The position numbers and the translations under genes were made by a program. The notes beneath the pieces were generated by a model. It made no database searches and was not told where the DNA came from. It was given only the letters and a program-made list of their open reading frames with translations. Below are positions 59,701-64,000 of a stretch of DNA of 64,000 bases, one piece after another. The first letter of the stretch is position 1. Each line of letters starts with the position of its first letter. The DNA comes from Squalus acanthias (Eukaryota): positions 4,216,001 through 4,280,000 of the forward strand of contig JASTWF010000035.1 of assembly GCA_030390025.1 (NCBI GenBank). The letters run 5' to 3'.

Positions 59701-62700
59701 CTATAGGATGTGGGCCAGTGTTCTATAGAGTGTGGGTCAGTGTTCTATAGAGTGTAGGTCAGTGTTCTATAGGGTGTGGGTCATTGTTCTATATGTTGTG
59801 GGTCAGTGTGTTCTCTCGGGTGTGGGCCATTGTTCTATATGTTGTGGGTCAGTGTGTTCTCTCGGGTGTGGGTCAGTGTTCTATAGAGTGTGGGTCAGTG
59901 TTCTATAGAGTGTGGGTCAGTGTACTATAGGGTGTGGTTTAGTGTTCTATAGAGTGTGGGTCAGTGTTCTATAGAGTGTGGGTCAGTGTTCTATAGGGTG
60001 TGGGTCAATGTTCTATAGGATGTGGGCCCGTGTTCTATAGGGTGTGGGCCAGTGTTCTATAGGGTGCGGGTCGGTGTTCTATAGGGTCTGGGTCAGTGTA
60101 TTCTATAGGGTGTGGGTCAGTGTTCTATAGGGTGTGGTTCAGTGTTCTATTGGATGTGGGTCAGTGTTCTATAGGGCGTGGGTCAGTGTTCTATAGAGTG
60201 TAGGTCAGTGTGTTCTGTAGGGTGTGGGTCAGTGTTCTATAGGGTGTGGGTCAGTGTTCTATTGGATGTGGGCCAGTGTTCTATAGGGTGTGGGTCAGTG
60301 TTCTATTGGATGTGTGTCAGTGTTCAATAGGATGTGGGTCAGTGTTCTATTGGATGTGGGCCAGTGTTCTATTGGATGTGGGCCAGTGTTCTATAGGGTC
60401 TGGGTCAGTGTTCTATTGGATGTGGGTCAGTGTTCTATAGAGTGTGGGTCAGTGTATTCTATAGGGTGTGGGTCAGTGTTCTATAGGGTGTGGGTCAGTG
60501 TTCTACTGGATGTGGGTCAGTGTTCTATCGGGTGTGGGTCAGTGTTCTATTGGATGTGGGCCAGTGTTCTATAGGGTGTGGGCCATTGTTCTATAGGGTA
60601 TGGGTCAGTGTTCTATTGGATGTGGGCCAGTGTTCTATAGGGTCTGGGTCAGTGTTCTATTGGATGTGGGTCAGTGTTCTATAGAGTGTGGGTCAGTGTA
60701 TTCTATAGGGTGTGGGTCAGTGTTCTATGGGGTGTGGGTCAGTGTTCTATTGGATGTGGGTCAGTGTTCTATCGGGTGTGGGTCAGTGTATTCTATATGG
60801 CGTGGCTCAGTGTTCTATAGGGTGTGGGTCAGTGTATTAAATAGGTGTGGATCAGTGTGTTCTATATGGTCTGGGTCAGTGTATTCTATAGGGTGTGGGT
60901 TAGTGTTCTATAGGTTGTGGGTCAGTGTTCTATAGGGTGTGGGTCAGTGTTCTATAGAGTGTGGGTCAGTGTTCTATAGAGTGTAGGTCAGTGTGTTCTC
61001 TCGGGTGTGGGTCAGTGTTCTATAGAGTGTGGGTCAGTGTTCTATAGAGTGTGGGTCAGTGTTCTATAGAGTGTAGGTCAGTGTGTTCTCTCGGGTGTGG
61101 GTCATTGTTCTATAGAGTGTGGGTCAGTGTTCTATAGAGTGTGGGTCTGTGTTCAATAGAGTGTGGGTCTGTGTTCTATAGGGTGTGGGTCAGTGTTCTA
61201 TAGAGTGTGGGTCAGTGTTCTATAGAGTGTGGATCAGTGTTCTATAGAGTGTGGGTCTGTGTTCTATAGGGTGTGGGTCAGTGTTGTATGGAGTGTGGGT
61301 CAGTGTTCTATAGGGTGCGGGTCTGTGTTCTATAGTGTGTGTCAGTGTTCTATAGAGTGTGGGTCAGTGTTCTATAGAGTGTGGGTCAGTGTTGTATAGA
61401 GAGTGGGACAGTGTTCTATAGAGTGTGGGTCAGTGTTCTATAGAGTGTGGGACAGTGTTCTATCGGGTGTGGGTCAGTGTTCTATAGAGTGTGGGTCAGT
61501 GTTCTATAGGGTGTGGGTCAGTGTTCTATAGAGTGTGGATCAGTGTTCTATAGGGTGTGGGTCAGTGTCCTATAGAGTGTGGGTCAGTGTTCTGTAGAGT
61601 GTGGGTCAGTGTTCTATAGAGTGTGGGTCAGTGTTCTATAGGGTGTGGGTCAGTGTTCTATAGAGTGTGGGTCAGTGTTCTATAGGATGTGGGTCAGTGT
61701 TCTATAGAGTGTGGGTCAGTGTTCTATAGGGTGTGGGTCAGTGTTCTATAGAGTGTGGGTCAGTGTTCTGTAGAGTGTGGGTCAGTGTTCTATAGAGTGT
61801 GGGTCAGTGTTCTATAGGGTGTGGGTCAGTGTTCTATAGAGTGTGGGTCAGTGTTCTGTAGAGTGTGGGTCAGTGTTCTATAGAGTGTGGGTCAGTGTTC
61901 TATAGGGTGTGGGTCAGTGTTCTATTGGGTGTGGGTCAGTGTTGTATAGAGTGTGGGTCAGTGTTCTATAGGGTGTGGGTCAGTGTTCTATAGAGTGTGG
62001 GTCAGTGTTCTGTAGAGTGTGGGTCAGTGTTCTATAGAGTGTGGGTCAGTGTTCTATAGAGTGTGGGACAGTGTTCTATAGGGTGTGGGTCAGTGTTCTA
62101 TAGAGTGTGGGTCAGTGTTCTATAGGGTGTGGGCCGGTGTTCTATAGAGTGTGGGCCAGTCTTCTATAGAGTGTGGGCCAGTGTTCTATAGGGTGTGGGT
62201 CAGTGTTATATAGAGTGTGGTTCAGTGTTCTATCGGGTTTGGGCCAGTGTTCTATAGAGTGTGTGTCAGTGTTCTATTGGGTGTGGGTCAGTGTTGTATA
62301 GAGTGTGGTTCAGTGTTCTATCGGGTGTGGGTCAGTGTTCTATAGAGTGTGGGTCAGTGTTGTATAGAGTGTGGGTCAGTGTTGTATAGAGTGTGGTTCA
62401 GTGTTCTATCGGGTGTGGGTCAGTGTTCTATAGAGTGTGGTTCAGTGTTCTATTGGGTGTGGGTCAGTGTTCTGTAGAGTGTGGGTCAGTGTTCTATAGG
62501 GTGTGGGTCAGTGTTCTATAGGGTGTGGGTCAGTGTTCTATAGGGTGTGGGTCAGTGTTCCATAGAGTGTGGGTCAGTGTTCTATAGAGTGTGGGTCAGT
62601 GTTCTATAGAGTGTGGGTCAGTGTATTCTATAGGGTGTGGGTCAGTGTTCTATAGGGTGTGGGTCAGTGTTCTATTGGATGTGGGTCAGTGTTCAATCGG

Positions 62701-64000
62701 GTGTGGGTCAGTGTTCTATTGGATGTGGGCCAGTGTTCTGTAGGGTGTGGGCCAGTGTTCTATAGGGTATGGGTCAGTGTTCTATTGGATGTGGGCCAGT
62801 GTTCTATAGGGTCTGGGTCAGTGTTCTATTGGATGTGGGTCAGTGTTCTATAGAGTGTGGGTCAGTGTATTCTATAGGGTGTGGTCAGTGTTCTATAGGG
62901 TGTGGGTCAGTGTTCTATTGGATGTGGGTCAGTCTTCTATCGGGTGTGGGCCAGTGTTCTATAGAGTGTGGGTCAGTGTTCTGTAGAGTGTGGGTCAGTG
63001 TTCTATAGAGTGTGGGTCAGTGTTCTATAGGGTGTGGGTCAGTGTTCTGTAGAGTGTGGGTCAGTGTTCTGTAGAGTGTGGGACAGTGTTCTATCGGGTG
63101 TGGGTCAGTGTTCTATAGAGTGTGGGTCAGTGTTCTATAGGGTGTGGGTCAGTGTTCTATAGAGTGTGGATCAGTGTTCTATAGGGTGTGGGTCAGTGTC
63201 CTATAGAGTGTGGGTCAGTGTTCTGTAGAGTGTGGGTCAGTGTTCTATAGGTGTGGGTCAGTGTTCTATAGGTGTGGGTCAGTGTTCTATAGAGTGTGGG
63301 TCAGTGTTCTATAGGATGTGGGTCAGTGTTCTATAGAGTGTGGGTCAGTGTTCTATAGGGTGTGGGTCAGTGTTCTATAGAGTGTGGGTCAGTGTTCTGT
63401 AGAGTGTGGGTCAGTGTTCTATAGAGTGTGGGTCAGTGTTCTATAGGGTGTGGGTCAGTGTTCTATAGAGTGTGGGTCAGTGTTCTGTAGAGTGTGGGTC
63501 AGTGTTCTATAGAGTGTGGGTCAGTGTTCTATAGGGTGTGGGTCAGTGTTCTATTGGGTGTGGGTCAGTGTTGTATAGAGTGTGGGTCAGTGTTCTATAG
63601 GGTGTGGGTCAGTGTTCTATAGAGTGTGGGTCAGTGTTCTGTAGAGTGTGGGTCAGTGTTCTATAGAGTGTGGGTCAGTGTTCTATAGAGTGTGGGACAG
63701 TGTTCTATAGGGTGTGGGTCAGTGTTCTATAGAGTGTGGGTCAGTGTTCTATAGGGTGTGGGCCGGTGTTCTATAGAGTGTGGGCCAGTCTTCTATAGAG
63801 TGTGGGCCAGTGTTCTATAGGGTGTGGGTCAGTGTTATATAGAGTGTGGTTCAGTGTTCTATCGGGTTTGGGCCAGTGTTCTATAGAGTGTGTGTCAGTG
63901 TTCTATTGGGTGTGGGTCAGTGTTGTATAGAGTGTGGTTCAGTGTTCTATCGGGTGTGGGTCAGTGTTCTATAGAGTGTGGGTCAGTGTTGTATAGAGTG

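Larger units (their letters stand above)
51141..64000. repeat. 22-bp minisatellite (GTGTGGGTCAGTGTTCTATAG[A/G])n, roughly 500 copies, running off the window; interrupted by a SINE and a CR1
   Basis: Read directly; first unit begins at the exon 7 donor. Confidence 0.97.

Noticed and set aside
46175..64000. Immunoglobulin switch-like or telomeric repeats
   Set aside because: No AGCT/GAGCT density, no TTAGGG runs, no Ig exons; the flanking exons are ADAM-type.

Overview
Vertebrate genomic DNA, almost certainly from a cartilaginous fish (inferred from HE1/V-SINE, SacSINE1-like DeuSINE and shark-type CR1 elements). The window is dominated by minisatellite arrays and nested retroelements and has two 200-N gaps. 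Six short + strand exons (563 nt in total, under 1% of the window) sit between the arrays. They splice in phase at GT-AG sites into the prodomain, cysteine switch, furin site and first metalloprotease residues of an ADAM12/19/33-clade protease, best matching ADAM33 (exons 2-7 by analogy). Exon 1 and the catalytic exons are not seen. Nearly all long ORFs in the track are repeat artefacts or LINE fragments. I found no CRISPR-like or other clearly new enzymatic system. The most interesting signals are: satellites seeded from a splice donor and from retroelement segments; two inverted DeuSINE-derived arrays in one intron; a 180-bp palindromic TGT...ACA MITE; a solo LTR; and a near-complete esterase-type CR1. 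Family assignments rest on recalled consensus sequences, not database searches.
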